From the NCBI GenBank assembly GCA_044432745.1, contig JAWXUH010000001.1, forward strand, positions 114,760 to 178,759: a stretch of DNA of 64,000 nucleotides, read 5' to 3'. The notes below the pieces were generated by a model. It saw only the letters and a program-made list of their open reading frames with translations. It searched no databases and was not told the DNA's origin. The position numbers were made by a program, and so were the translations under genes. This document shows, in pieces, positions 41,343 through 54,392 of this stretch. Positions within the stretch are counted from its first letter, which is position 1, and each line of letters opens with the position of its first letter. Source of the DNA: a bacterium (lineage in GTDB: Bacteria; Bacillota_I; Bacilli_A; RF39; UBA660).

Positions 41343-42646
41343 TATTTATCATCCTTATTTTTGAATTGAAGCACAATAGGAGCTCCTGTTAAATCAAAAT
41401 TTTCTCTTATTTTATTTTCTAAATATCTGTAGTAACTAAAATGCACTAATGATTTACTATTAACTTCTAAAGTTATTTTAATAGGCGCATTTCCTGTTTG
41501 ATGTACATAAAATATTTTTAATCTCTTACCTTTATAAGAAGGTGCTGGATGCAACGAATACGCATCATCTATTACTTTATTTAATACTGAAGATTTAAGC
41601 TCAATTTGACTTGATTCATACGCTTTTATTATTTCAGGCATTAATGTATGCATTCTTTTTTTAGTTAATGCAGATACATATACATGATTAACGTATGATA
41701 CAAATTTAAACTCTTCTGCTAATAACATATTCCAGTGTTTTATTTCTGTATTTGGATCTTTTATAAAATCCCATTTATTTACACATATAACTACTGATTT
41801 ACCTGCTTCTATTGCATATGACACTATATGTTTATCATGTTCTATTATACCTTCTTCAGCATTTACTACTACTACACATACATCACTTCGTTCAATTGAT
41901 TTCATACTTCTAAGTAAACTGTATTTTTCTATATTTTCATATATTTTACCTTTTTTACGCATTCCTGCAGTATCTATCATTGTATAAGTTTCACCATTGT
42001 ATTTAAAATCTGTATCTACTGCATCACGAGTTGTTCCTGCAACATCAGATACTATTACTCTTTCCTCATTTAAAAGAGCATTTACTAAACTACTTTTCCC
42101 AACGTTAGGTCTTCCTATGAAACTAAATGCTAAATTATCGTGTTCTTCTTTTTCATAATCTGGCATATCTTCAATAATTATTTTAAATAATTCATCAAAA
42201 CCAATATTATGTTCTCCTGAAACTCCAACTAAAACTGGAAATCCTAATTCATAATAATTATATATATTTTCACTACGTGTCTTATTATCTAATTTATTTA
42301 CTACAACTATTACTTTTTTATTAGATTTTAATAACATATCTCTTACGTAATAATCTTCTGAATTTAAATCACTTAATCCATCTACTACAAATAGTATTAT
42401 ATCTGCTTCATCAACACCTAGTTGTGCTTGCATTTTTATATCTTCATCTATTGATCCATTACCAAGAGAAATACCTCCTGTATCAATTAAATGAAATCTC
42501 TTTGCCATATAATTTACTGTACCATATACTCTGTCTCTTGTTATACCAGGCGTATCTAGTATGATTGATTTCTTTTCTTTTATCAATCTATTAAAAATTG
42601 TTGATTTACCTACATTTGGTTTACCAACTAAACATACTGTTAACAT
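41342..42646 (-). CDS. der: ribosome biogenesis GTPase Der (EngA)
   Basis: 434 aa. Two tandem G domains (GKPNVGKSTIFNRL and GRPNVGKSSLVNALL) plus a C-terminal KH-like domain. Confidence 0.9.
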   Translation of the reverse strand: MLTVCLVGKPNVGKSTIFNRLIKEKKSIILDTPGITRDRVYGTVNYMAKRFHLIDTGGISLGNGSIDEDIKMQAQLGVDEADIILFVVDGLSDLNSEDYYVRDMLLKSNKKVIVVVNKLDNKTRSENIYNYYELGFPVLVGVSGEHNIGFDELFKIIIEDMPDYEKEEHDNLAFSFIGRPNVGKSSLVNALLNEERVIVSDVAGTTRDAVDTDFKYNGETYTMIDTAGMRKKGKIYENIEKYSLLRSMKSIERSDVCVVVVNAEEGIIEHDKHIVSYAIEAGKSVVICVNKWDFIKDPNTEIKHWNMLLAEEFKFVSYVNHVYVSALTKKRMHTLMPEIIKAYESSQIELKSSVLNKVIDDAYSLHPAPSYKGKRLKIFYVHQTGNAPIKITLEVNSKSLVHFSYYRYLENKIRENFDLTGAPIVLQFKNKDDK

Positions 42647-42649
42647 AAT

Positions 42650-43228
42650 TTATCCTCTTAGTGACTGCTCTATTTCACTATGCACTTCACTTTTTCCTTT
42701 TTTTGTCATTATTGAAAATGGTATAAAATCTTCTATTCCTAAAGCTTCTTTTATTACTTTATCTTGCTTACATCTTCCATTTTTTGTTATCTTATCATAT
42801 TTCGTTGTTATAATTATAACTTTTTTATTGTAATATCTTAAAAAATTATACATTAAAACATCATCTTCTGTAGGTTTATGTCTATAATCTACTAATAAGA
42901 ATACTTTTTCTAAATTTGGTCTGTTTTTTAAATAATCTTCAATCATTAAACCATATTTTTTTCTATCCATTTTACTTGTACATGCATAACCATAACCTGG
43001 TACATCTACTATATAAAAATCTTCATTTATTAAATAGAAATTCAATGTTTGAGTTTTACCTGGTTTCGAAGATGTTCTTGCGAAATTTTTTCTTTCAATT
43101 ATTGTATTGATAAAACTACTTTTTCCTACATTACTTCTTCCTAAAAGTAAAAACTCTTTTTTATTGTCATCTGGATATTGACTTAACCTTACCGCAATGT
43201 GCGGATCTTCCACTTTATTTATTTGCAT
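42650..43228 (-). CDS. engB: ribosome biogenesis GTPase YihA/EngB
   Basis: Start placed at the ATG (MQINKV...) preceded by GGTGGTG; the ORF track extends to 43255. G1 motif GRSNVGKSSFIN. Confidence 0.85.
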   Translation of the reverse strand: MQINKVEDPHIAVRLSQYPDDNKKEFLLLGRSNVGKSSFINTIIERKNFARTSSKPGKTQTLNFYLINEDFYIVDVPGYGYACTSKMDRKKYGLMIEDYLKNRPNLEKVFLLVDYRHKPTEDDVLMYNFLRYYNKKVIIITTKYDKITKNGRCKQDKVIKEALGIEDFIPFSIMTKKGKSEVHSEIEQSLRG

Positions 43229-43364
43229 AATTTCTTCACCACCGGTATTATACATCTAAAACACAAAAAATGCAAACTTGCTTCTTTATATTATTTATTA
43301 TATATTTGTTTTAAATATATTAATATATAGACTATTTTATCAAAATTAAATACTTGTTAGTTTT

Positions 43365-43399
43365 AAAAGAAAAAAACATTAAATTATAATTCAATGTTT
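43365..43399 (-). terminator. rho-independent terminator of the dnaK operon (after dnaJ)
   Basis: Minus-strand AAACATTgaatt-ata-atttAATGTTT stem followed by TTTTTTCTTTT. Lies directly after the dnaJ stop. Confidence 0.5.
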
Positions 43400-43406
43400 A
43401 TATTTT

Positions 43407-44543
43407 TTATTTTAAATATTTATTAAATTCTTTAAATTCTTTAGAATCAGATATTCCTGTTTTTTCTATTTCTTTAAATAAATCTTTTTGTTTTTTAGAT
43501 AATTTTGCAGGTGTTATTATATTTAAAACTGCGTACATATCTCCTTTTGATGAACCTCTTACACTTTTTACACCTTTTGATTTTAATTTTATTTTAGTAT
43601 AATTTTGAGATCCAGCTTCAATTGTTATTGTTTCATTTCCCCAAAGTGTTGGTATTTCTTTTTTCGCACCTAATGCAGCTTCACTGAAACTTACTGGCAC
43701 TTCTATATAAATATCATTTCCATCTCTTTCATATAAATCATGTTCTCTTACATGGAATCTTAAATATATATCACCACTTGGTCCTCCGTTGTATCCAACT
43801 TCACCTTTTCCTGTCATTTTTAATTCATATCCTGTATATGTTCCCTCTGGAACTGTTACTACAAGATTTTTTGTTTTTTTCTTTCTTCCTGAACCTTTAC
43901 ATTCGTTACATTTAGATTCATAAGATTTACCTTTACCTTGACACGTAGGACATGTTTTTTGAGATTGCATTATTCCAAATATTGTTCTTTGTTCTTCTAA
44001 TACAATACCTGCTCCACCACAAGTAGAACATTTCTTTTCTCCAAAACCACCTTTTCCAGAACATTTCTCACATTCTGCATCTAAATCAAGCGATAGTTCC
44101 TTTTTCATTCCATATACTGCGTCTTCAAATGACATTTCTATTTCAACTCTTAAATCTGATCCTCTTCTTGCTCTATTTGTAGATGCTCCAGATCTAGATG
44201 AACTTGTTCTTGCAGAACCTCCGAAACCTCCTCCGAAGAAATCTCTTAATACTGAATCTAAATCTATATCTCCAGCATCAAATCCTCCGAAACCTCCGTA
44301 AGCCCCAGCTCCTGATGCTCCACCAAAATCTGCTGATCCATATTGATCATAATTCCTTTTTTTAGTTTCATCTGATAATACTGAATAAGCTTCACCAATT
44401 TCTTTAAATTTTGCTTCTGCTCCTTCACTTTTATTTTTATCTGGATGATATTCTTTTGCTAATTTTCTAAATGCACTTTTAATTTCTGCATCACTTGCTG
44501 TTTTTGAAACACCAAGCGTATCATAATAATCTTTCTTATTCAT
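43407..44543 (-). CDS. dnaJ: molecular chaperone DnaJ
   Basis: 378 aa. J domain with the HPD motif (YHPDKN). G/F-rich region. Four CxxCxGxG zinc-finger repeats. Confidence 0.9.
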   Translation of the reverse strand: MNKKDYYDTLGVSKTASDAEIKSAFRKLAKEYHPDKNKSEGAEAKFKEIGEAYSVLSDETKKRNYDQYGSADFGGASGAGAYGGFGGFDAGDIDLDSVLRDFFGGGFGGSARTSSSRSGASTNRARRGSDLRVEIEMSFEDAVYGMKKELSLDLDAECEKCSGKGGFGEKKCSTCGGAGIVLEEQRTIFGIMQSQKTCPTCQGKGKSYESKCNECKGSGRKKKTKNLVVTVPEGTYTGYELKMTGKGEVGYNGGPSGDIYLRFHVREHDLYERDGNDIYIEVPVSFSEAALGAKKEIPTLWGNETITIEAGSQNYTKIKLKSKGVKSVRGSSKGDMYAVLNIITPAKLSKKQKDLFKEIEKTGISDSKEFKEFNKYLK

Positions 44544-46342
44544 TATTCTTCATCCTCACTATTATATATTTTTTTAAATTCTTCTATTACTTCATTATAA
44601 ATTTCAAATGCCTTATCGTAATTTTTCATATCAAGCATATTTACTCCCGCTATTTTCAAAGACTCTACTGGATCTTTAGTTGATCCTAACTTTAAAAATT
44701 CCATGTAATTTTTTAATGCTTCTTTTGAACCGGAGTATATTTCATTTGCTATTAAAAAAGCTGCTACAAAACCTGTTGAATACTGATATACATAAAAATC
44801 ATAATAAAAGTGTGGTACTCTTGACCATTCATACATTATTTCTTTATCTATTTTAACTTCTGATCCCATGTACTTACTTACTAAATTAATATATTCCTTA
44901 TTTAAATAATCACTTGTTATTATTTCTCCACTAAGTTCATAATCATATATATTCTTTTCAAATTCAGCAAACATTGTTTGTCTACCTACTGTTGATCTAA
45001 AATCTATTAAAATTTGGTTTAACAAAAATAATTTTTCCTCTTTTTCTTTAGATTTTTCTAACATATATTTTATCAACAATATTTCATTAACTTGACTTGC
45101 TACCTCTGCTACAAAAATTGAATAGTGATAATCTGTAAAACTATTATTTTTTTGAGCATAGTAATATTGCATAGCGTGACCTAATTCATGTGTTATTGTA
45201 GACACATTATCATAATTTTCTTCATAATTTAATAAGACATAAGGATGCGTTGCATAACAACATGTACAGTATGCTCCACTCGTTTTATTATCATTAGGCA
45301 TAACATCGATCCAATTTTCTTCAAAAGATTGCTTTATTACTTTTACATAATCTTCACCTAATGGCTTTAATGATTCTATAACTAATACTTTAGCTTCCTC
45401 ATATTTATATTTTTTTTCATATTCCTTTACTATAGGAGCAGACAAATCATATAAATGCAATTCATCTAATTTTAATACTTCTTTTCTAATTTGAAATTGT
45501 TTTTGTAAAAAATGTAAATTATTATTTACAGAACTTATTAAATTACTATATATACTTTTATCTACATTATTAGTAGATAAAGATTTATCATACAGTGAAT
45601 CATATTTTTTTATCTTTGCATATGTATTTTTGTTTCTAACGTGACTTGCAAGTGCCTCAGATGCAGTTTCATTTATTTCTTTATATGATTTATAAAAAGT
45701 CTCAAATGCTTTTTTTCTTACTTCTCTTGATTTTGATTGTGCGTAATTTTGATAATTAGAATTTGTTAATTTTACTTCCTTACCTTCTTCATCCTCAATT
45801 GTACCAAATGTCATATCTACATTAGTTAATTTAGATATTATTTCACTTGGAACTCTTAATAAATCAGACATCTGCGCTAAAATTTTAGATTCATTCCCAG
45901 ATAATATATGTTCTTTTTCTCTATAAATTTCTAATAATAAATTTTCATATTTTTTTAATGATGTATTTTTTGAAATTAAATTTTTTATATAATCTATATC
46001 TTTTGTTATAATTTCTGGAATAATAAAAGAAGATAATTTAGAATACTTATTATATAACTTTAAGGCTTTTCCATACTTTTCATTTGATTTACTATTTGCT
46101 AAATCAAAATCGTTAGTAAGATTTGCATAAACATAGATTTTTTCTAACTTTATAGATATTTCTTCATCTAGTTCTAATAAATTATACAAAGATGTTTGAT
46201 CTTCATATATATTTTCGTTAAATTCACTAATTTTTTCAATGTATTTATCTAAATATGTATACTCTTTTTCAAATTCTTTATCGTTTTCAAATAAATCTTT
46301 TGTATTTATTTTATATTTTTTTTCTATATTATCTCTATTCAT
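44543..46342 (-). CDS. pepF: oligoendopeptidase F (M3B family)
   Basis: 599 aa with the zinc motif HELGHAMQ (HEXXH). Located between dnaK and dnaJ. Confidence 0.85.
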   Translation of the reverse strand: MNRDNIEKKYKINTKDLFENDKEFEKEYTYLDKYIEKISEFNENIYEDQTSLYNLLELDEEISIKLEKIYVYANLTNDFDLANSKSNEKYGKALKLYNKYSKLSSFIIPEIITKDIDYIKNLISKNTSLKKYENLLLEIYREKEHILSGNESKILAQMSDLLRVPSEIISKLTNVDMTFGTIEDEEGKEVKLTNSNYQNYAQSKSREVRKKAFETFYKSYKEINETASEALASHVRNKNTYAKIKKYDSLYDKSLSTNNVDKSIYSNLISSVNNNLHFLQKQFQIRKEVLKLDELHLYDLSAPIVKEYEKKYKYEEAKVLVIESLKPLGEDYVKVIKQSFEENWIDVMPNDNKTSGAYCTCCYATHPYVLLNYEENYDNVSTITHELGHAMQYYYAQKNNSFTDYHYSIFVAEVASQVNEILLIKYMLEKSKEKEEKLFLLNQILIDFRSTVGRQTMFAEFEKNIYDYELSGEIITSDYLNKEYINLVSKYMGSEVKIDKEIMYEWSRVPHFYYDFYVYQYSTGFVAAFLIANEIYSGSKEALKNYMEFLKLGSTKDPVESLKIAGVNMLDMKNYDKAFEIYNEVIEEFKKIYNSEDEE

Positions 46343-46354
46343 TTTTCTTCCTTT

Positions 46355-46380
46355 AGATAAAACTTCTATTTCTAGAAGCT
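46355..46380 (-). other. intra-operon stem-loop between dnaK and pepF
   Basis: CTTCTA-tttc-TAGAAG forms a 6-bp stem with a downstream T-rich tract on the minus strand. A possible attenuator or processing site. Confidence 0.3.
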
Positions 46381-46402
46381 TTATCTTTCTTTATATTATA
46401 AA

Positions 46403-48214
46403 TTATTTTTCTTCAACTTCTGCTTCTGCTTCAGTTGTTTCATCTACAGATTGACCTTCAGTTTCTGCTTCTGCATTTTTTGCTGCTTCTTCATAAACTT
46501 TTCCAGCTAAATCCATCGCAATTGTATTAAGTTCTTCGGCTTTAGTTTTGATTAATTCAACATCTTCACCTTCTAGAGCTTCTTTTACTTCTGCTATTTT
46601 TTCTTCTGCTTTCACTTTTTCTTCATCAGTAATTTTACCTTCTAAATCTTTAAGTGCTTTTTCAGTTGTGAATACAGCATTATCAGCATCATTTCTAATA
46701 TCTACTGCTTCTTTTCTTTTTTCATCAGCTTCTTTATTTTCTTCAGCTTCTTTCATCATTTTTTCTACTTCTTCATCTGTAAGATTTGTAGACGCTGTGA
46801 TTGTAATAGTCGCTTCTTTATTAGTTCCTAAATCTTTAGCTGTTACATTAACTATACCATTTGCATCTATATCAAATTTAACTTCAATTTGAGGCACTCC
46901 ACGACGAGCTGGTAAAATATTTCCAAGTTGGAAGTTACCTAGTGACTTATTATCAGCTGCCATAGGTCTTTCACCTTGTAATACGTGTACATCTACTGCT
47001 GGTTGATTATCTACTGCAGTTGAGAATACTTGACTCTTAGAAGTTGGAATTGTTGTATTTCTTGGAATTAATACTGTCATTACATTTCCTAAAGTTTCAA
47101 GTCCTAGTGATAATGGTGTTACATCAAGTAATACAATATCATCTACTTCTCCTGTTAAAACTCCACCTTGTATTGCAGCTCCCATTGCTACTACTTCATC
47201 AGGGTTTACACCTTTAGATGGTTCTTGACCTAATTCTTTTTTAACTAATTCTTGAATATATGGAATACGAGTAGATCCTCCTACTAATATAACTTTATCA
47301 ATATCTTTACCACTTAATTTAGAATCTTTTAATGCTTTTTTAACTGGTTCAATTGTTGAATCAAATAAATCTTTACATAAATTTTCAAATTTAGCTTTTG
47401 TTAAATTTATATCTAAATGTACTGGTGATCCATCAACTTGTGTAATAAATGGTAGACTTATTTGTGTTGAACTCATACCTGATAAATCTTTTTTAGCTTT
47501 TTCAGCTGCATCTTTAATTCTTTGCATTGCCATTGGATCTTTTGATAAATCAACGCTATTTTCTTTTTTAAATTCTGCTACTAAATGTTCGCATACTGCG
47601 TTATCAAAATCATCTCCACCAAGTTTATTGTTACCACTTGTTGCTTTAACTTCAAATACACCATCACCAAGTTCAAGAATTGAAACGTCGAATGTTCCTC
47701 CTCCTAAATCGTATACTAAAATAGTATGTGACTTATCTTGTTTATCAAGTCCATACGCAAGAGCTGCTGCTGTTGGTTCATTTATAATTCTTTCTACTTC
47801 AAGACCTGCAATTTTACCTGCATTTTTAGTAGCTTGACGTTCTGAATCATTAAAGTATGCTGGTACTGTTATTACAGCCTTAGTTACTTTTTCTCCTAAA
47901 TAAGCCTCTGCATCTGCTTTTAATTTTGTTAAAATTTTAGCACTAATTTCTTCTGGTGAATACTTTTTATCATTAGCATCTACTTTTTTATCTGTTCCCA
48001 TTAATCTTTTTACTGATGATACAGTATTTTTTACATTGGTTACCGCTCCACGTTTTGCAGTTTCACCTACTAATTCTTCTCCATTTTTGAATGCTACAAC
48101 TGATGGAGTTGTTCTATTTCCCTCAGCATTTGGGATAACTTTTGCTTCTCCACCTTCTAATACTGAAACACAACTATTTGTTGTACCTAAATCTATTCCT
48201 ATTATTTTACTCAT
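46403..48214 (-). CDS. dnaK: molecular chaperone DnaK (Hsp70)
   Basis: 603 aa. N-terminal motif [14 protein letters not shown], Hsp70 signature DLGGGTFD, and a substrate-binding domain with an acidic tail. Confidence 0.95.
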   Translation of the reverse strand: MSKIIGIDLGTTNSCVSVLEGGEAKVIPNAEGNRTTPSVVAFKNGEELVGETAKRGAVTNVKNTVSSVKRLMGTDKKVDANDKKYSPEEISAKILTKLKADAEAYLGEKVTKAVITVPAYFNDSERQATKNAGKIAGLEVERIINEPTAAALAYGLDKQDKSHTILVYDLGGGTFDVSILELGDGVFEVKATSGNNKLGGDDFDNAVCEHLVAEFKKENSVDLSKDPMAMQRIKDAAEKAKKDLSGMSSTQISLPFITQVDGSPVHLDINLTKAKFENLCKDLFDSTIEPVKKALKDSKLSGKDIDKVILVGGSTRIPYIQELVKKELGQEPSKGVNPDEVVAMGAAIQGGVLTGEVDDIVLLDVTPLSLGLETLGNVMTVLIPRNTTIPTSKSQVFSTAVDNQPAVDVHVLQGERPMAADNKSLGNFQLGNILPARRGVPQIEVKFDIDANGIVNVTAKDLGTNKEATITITASTNLTDEEVEKMMKEAEENKEADEKRKEAVDIRNDADNAVFTTEKALKDLEGKITDEEKVKAEEKIAEVKEALEGEDVELIKTKAEELNTIAMDLAGKVYEEAAKNAEAETEGQSVDETTEAEAEVEEK

Positions 48215-48235
48215 AATTTTATCTCTCTTTCTTTT

Positions 48236-48748
48236 TTATTCACTTACTTTTACCATTGCTGGTCTTATAACTTTACCATTATATGTATATCCTTTTTGAA
48301 GAACATCTATTACTACTCCTGGTAATATATCATCTTTCTTTTCTGTCAATACAGCCATAGCTATATTTGGATCAAATTCTGTATTTATACATACTATTTC
48401 TTCAACATTTTTTGATTTTAATATACCAATTAATGCTGCATATATCATTTCAAATCCATCTAAGAATTTTTTTACATCATCACTAATCTCTCCATTAATT
48501 AACAATGCTCTTTCAAAATCATCACTTATTGATAAAAGTTCAGTTATTATAGCTTCTCCTTCAAATTTACGAAGTTTACTTATTTCTTCTTCACTTCTTC
48601 TTTTAACATTTTGCATTTCTGCCATAACTCTCAAAAACTTTTCATTAAGTTCATCATAATTTTTTTTAGCTTTTTCTAATTCTAAATTTTTCTTAGGTTT
48701 TGCTTTTTTTACAGGTTCTACCTTTTTTTCTGTTTTTTTATCTTCCAT
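48236..48748 (-). CDS. grpE: nucleotide exchange factor GrpE
   Basis: Start placed at the ATG (MEDKKTEKK) preceded by AAAGGA, 2 nt after the hrcA stop; the ORF track extends to 48778 inside hrcA. Coiled-coil followed by a C-terminal beta domain. Confidence 0.85.
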   Translation of the reverse strand: MEDKKTEKKVEPVKKAKPKKNLELEKAKKNYDELNEKFLRVMAEMQNVKRRSEEEISKLRKFEGEAIITELLSISDDFERALLINGEISDDVKKFLDGFEMIYAALIGILKSKNVEEIVCINTEFDPNIAMAVLTEKKDDILPGVVIDVLQKGYTYNGKVIRPAMVKVSE

Positions 48749-48749
48749 T

Positions 48750-49760
48750 TTATTCATCCTTTCTCTCAAGCTTATCATCTACATACTGAAGTAAACTTAC
48801 AATTTTTTTATAGTCCATTCTCGTTGGACCGATGATTGCTATTGTTCCCTCTTCACCATCATGTTTAAAATTCTTTTTAATCACAGTTACATCAGGATCA
48901 ACATCATTATCATTTCCAATAAAAATTTTAACATCTTCTGCAGAATCTTTATCTAATTTTTTTAAACTTTCTACGTCATCTAGCTTATATGCTAGTTTTT
49001 TTAAATCTTCGACATTTTGATACTCTGGTTGACTTAGTATATTTGATTTTCCAGCTACATGCACTGATGTATTTCCTGCAAAATCACTAAATGCACTATA
49101 GAATATGTTGTATATAGTTTCGTACTGCATTACTTCTTTTACTATAATTGGCTTAATTTCAAACTCTAATCTTTCACTCGCCATATTTATCGGAGTTCCT
49201 ATTAAGAATTTATTTATAATCTCACTTATTTTGACAATCTCTTTTATGTCAGTACCTTCCGGTAGTATAAACTTTTTATTTTCTACTATTCCCTTATCCG
49301 TACAAACAAGTGCTACTATACTATTTTCATTAAGAGAAATTATATCTAATTTTTGAAGTAAATTATCACTACTACTTTTTCCTAAAACTACACTCGCATA
49401 ATTAGTTAAATCACTAATTATTTCCATACACTGTGTTATGGTATCATTTATTACAAGCGTATTGTTAGAGAAAATTTTTTGTAGCTTTAAAACATCTTTA
49501 CCTGTTAATTTTTCAGGTTCCATAATATTATCAACGTAATATTTATAACCTTTTTCACTCGGTATTCTACCTGATGATATATGATTTTTTTCTATATATC
49601 CTAAACTTTCAAGAACACTCATTTCATTTCTGATAGTTGCACTTGAAAATCCAAGTTTATTACATAATGATTTAGATCCAACAGGTCTAACTGTTTTAAT
49701 ATAACTTTCTACAATTTCCTTTAGCAAGGTTTCTTTTCTATTATCCACCTTATGTATCAC
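48750..49760 (-). CDS. hrcA: heat-inducible transcription repressor HrcA (apparent GTG start; exact start uncertain)
   Basis: 336 aa. N-terminal winged-helix ETLLKEIVESYIKTVRPVGSKSL. Sits upstream of grpE-dnaK. A CIRCE element lies directly 5'. Confidence 0.85.
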   Translation of the reverse strand: MIHKVDNRKETLLKEIVESYIKTVRPVGSKSLCNKLGFSSATIRNEMSVLESLGYIEKNHISSGRIPSEKGYKYYVDNIMEPEKLTGKDVLKLQKIFSNNTLVINDTITQCMEIISDLTNYASVVLGKSSSDNLLQKLDIISLNENSIVALVCTDKGIVENKKFILPEGTDIKEIVKISEIINKFLIGTPINMASERLEFEIKPIIVKEVMQYETIYNIFYSAFSDFAGNTSVHVAGKSNILSQPEYQNVEDLKKLAYKLDDVESLKKLDKDSAEDVKIFIGNDNDVDPDVTVIKKNFKHDGEEGTIAIIGPTRMDYKKIVSLLQYVDDKLERKDE

Positions 49761-49764
49761 CGTC

Positions 49765-49791
49765 CTGGCACTCTTTTTTCTAAAGTGCTAA
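49765..49791 (-). promoter_or_regulatory. CIRCE operator (HrcA binding site) of the hrcA-grpE-dnaK operon
   Basis: cTGGCACTC-ttttttcta-AAGTGCTAA matches TTAGCACTC-N9-GAGTGCTAA with imperfect outer positions. It lies between the promoter and the hrcA start. Confidence 0.7.
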
Positions 49792-49795
49792 AACC

Positions 49796-49824
49796 ATTAT
49801 AATATTATGATTAGCACTTGTCAA
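49796..49824 (-). promoter_or_regulatory. consensus sigma-A promoter of the hrcA operon (TTGACA-17-TATAAT)
   Basis: Minus-strand TTGACAAGTGCTAATCATAATATTATAAT has perfect hexamers with a 17-nt spacer. The spacer itself contains a CIRCE-like half site AGTGCTAA. Confidence 0.6.
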
Positions 49825-49855
49825 TATATAACTGCTAATTTTACATTTTTGTTAT

Positions 49856-50494
49856 TTAATTTTTATTTATTATAAATAATTTTTTTTCTTTATAAAAGGC
49901 ATAGAAAATTTCATTCATATTTAAATTTTTTTTCTCTAATTCCCTATTTAACCATAATTTATTTTTTCTTATTTTTTTTAAAGTTTCTTCTATTACTTCT
50001 CCATCTAATATAACTGGCATAGGATATATACCTAACTTGTTATCATCTTCATATTTAAATATAGATAACTTCCCATTTTTTTCTAAAAAAGCATATTCTA
50101 CTTCCTCTAATGACTTAATACTTATTTGCCTTAACGATAATAATAAATCATCAAGAGAATACCTTTGTCTTATCATTTCTTTGTAATTAACTTTACCACT
50201 ACATACTATTAAGGAATTTTTTCCTTCAATTAACTTTCTTATTTTTTTTGATTTCATAGAAATATAAGCAAAAACTATCTCTAAACACATTAAAACTAAT
50301 ATCGGAATAATTGTTAACACTATACTTTGATCGTAATTTTCTATACTTATTGCTACTAACTCAGCTATTAGTATTGAAACTATTAAATCTATTACACCTA
50401 ATTGTCCTATTTCTCTTTTTCCCATAACCCTGTACACAATTACTATAAAAAAATAAAAAAATAAAGTTCTAGTAACTATTAAAAATAACATCAA
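49856..50494 (-). CDS. DUF421 domain membrane protein (YetF-like)
   Basis: 212 aa. N-terminal TM helices. C-terminal motif RYSLDDLLLSLRQISIKSLEEVEYAFLEKNGKLSIFK is typical of DUF421. Confidence 0.6.
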   Translation of the reverse strand: MMLFLIVTRTLFFYFFIVIVYRVMGKREIGQLGVIDLIVSILIAELVAISIENYDQSIVLTIIPILVLMCLEIVFAYISMKSKKIRKLIEGKNSLIVCSGKVNYKEMIRQRYSLDDLLLSLRQISIKSLEEVEYAFLEKNGKLSIFKYEDDNKLGIYPMPVILDGEVIEETLKKIRKNKLWLNRELEKKNLNMNEIFYAFYKEKKLFIINKN

Positions 50495-50566
50495 TTTATA
50501 TCACCATATATATAATGTTTAAATAATATTTTTTTTATTCATGAATATATTTAATTAGGTGATTAA

Positions 50567-50938
50567 ATGAAAAAATATAATTTTTTTATAAAAAACTTCA
50601 GTCTTTTTTTAACACTTGAACTTTTTCTAATTATAATATTTAGCTTGTGCAATCTTTTTGGAATGAATACTAGCATTAGCTCTATTTTAATTTTTATATT
50701 TAACATCATCCTTTTTATCGTATTTGGCTATATACACGGCAAACATTCTAATAAAAAAGGATATGTGTCTGGTTTTTTAAACGGTGTTTTTCTTAGTATA
50801 ATAATGATACTTCTTAACATATCTTTTTTTAAAGCTGATTTTAAAATAAACGTATTACTTTATTATTTTTTACTTATCTTATCTTCAACTCTTGGAGCTA
50901 TGATAGGTAAAGCAAAAAAAATAGATGAAAAAGAATAA
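50567..50938 (+). CDS. hypothetical small integral membrane protein
   Basis: 123 aa with four predicted TM segments. RBS AGGTGA. Confidence 0.4.
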   Translation: MKKYNFFIKNFSLFLTLELFLIIIFSLCNLFGMNTSISSILIFIFNIILFIVFGYIHGKHSNKKGYVSGFLNGVFLSIIMILLNISFFKADFKINVLLYYFLLILSSTLGAMIGKAKKIDEKE

Positions 50939-50958
50939 TTTACAATAAAAAAAGTTTG

Positions 50959-53414
<2,456 letters not shown>

Positions 53415-53506
53415 TTGCTTTCACTCATTTCTTATTTCATTATATAATTTTTTATTAATGTTTTCAATATTATTTTTATTACTAACAACTTTTTATTTAT
53501 TTTTTT

Positions 53507-54139
53507 CTATCTATCATCTCTATTAATAGATATTTTTTCATATTTTTTTATTTCACTATCATAAAACAATATTGGTATAATACCTGTATTTTCAGTTTCA
53601 CCATCTATATAATAATGATTTTTACCATCATAATAAATATCACCTTTTTCAATATAAGAATTTTCTTTTGCAGCAATTTCAAGTACTGATATATGGCCCG
53701 CTATTATATCTTTATAAAATTCTCCAGTTGTATGTGGATACTTATTACAAAAATTATAATCTTCTACCCCAAACATCCAATATTCACCAGCATCTTCATC
53801 TATTCCAGCATGAACATAAATTTGAGTATCTGTTTCATAATAGTATGGTAATTTTTTGGTCCAATTAATAATATCAGAGTTAATGTTTATTTTTTTGTTT
53901 TTAAAGTCTTCAAGTAAATATAATTCATGGTTGCCCATAAGAGCAATAACTCTATCTTTATATTTTTTTTGAAGATCAATAATTAATTTTATAATTCTTA
54001 CATCCTCGTAATTAAAACGATTTAAATAATCTCCTAGTAAAATCAATTTTGTTTCTTCATCATCTAAATTAATTAAATCAAGATTTTTTTCAAATTCCTC
54101 TATATTTCCATGTATATCACTCATTGCAAATATTTTCAT
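53507..54139 (-). CDS. metallophosphoesterase (calcineurin-like; PrpE/ApaH-type Ser/Thr phosphatase family)
   Basis: 210 aa. Metallophosphoesterase motifs AMSDIHGN, LLGDYLNR and GNHE. Confidence 0.75.
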   Translation of the reverse strand: MKIFAMSDIHGNIEEFEKNLDLINLDDEETKLILLGDYLNRFNYEDVRIIKLIIDLQKKYKDRVIALMGNHELYLLEDFKNKKININSDIINWTKKLPYYYETDTQIYVHAGIDEDAGEYWMFGVEDYNFCNKYPHTTGEFYKDIIAGHISVLEIAAKENSYIEKGDIYYDGKNHYYIDGETENTGIIPILFYDSEIKKYEKISINRDDR

Positions 54140-54392
54140 ATGTTCTCACGTTCCTTTAAAATTTTCCTATATTTTTTAATCATTAAAAAATCAATGACTA
54201 AATAAATATTTCTATTAATTTTGCACCTTAATTATTACATTAACACTTACTAAAGGCAAGTTTTATGACATACTTTCTTCTTTTAATAATTCATCCATAA
54301 GAAGTTTTTCTTCTTCTGTTTCTACATAATTTGATTTACTTCTTGCAGTATTGCTAAGTTCATGCTGCAATTTTTTACACAAATGTTTTATT

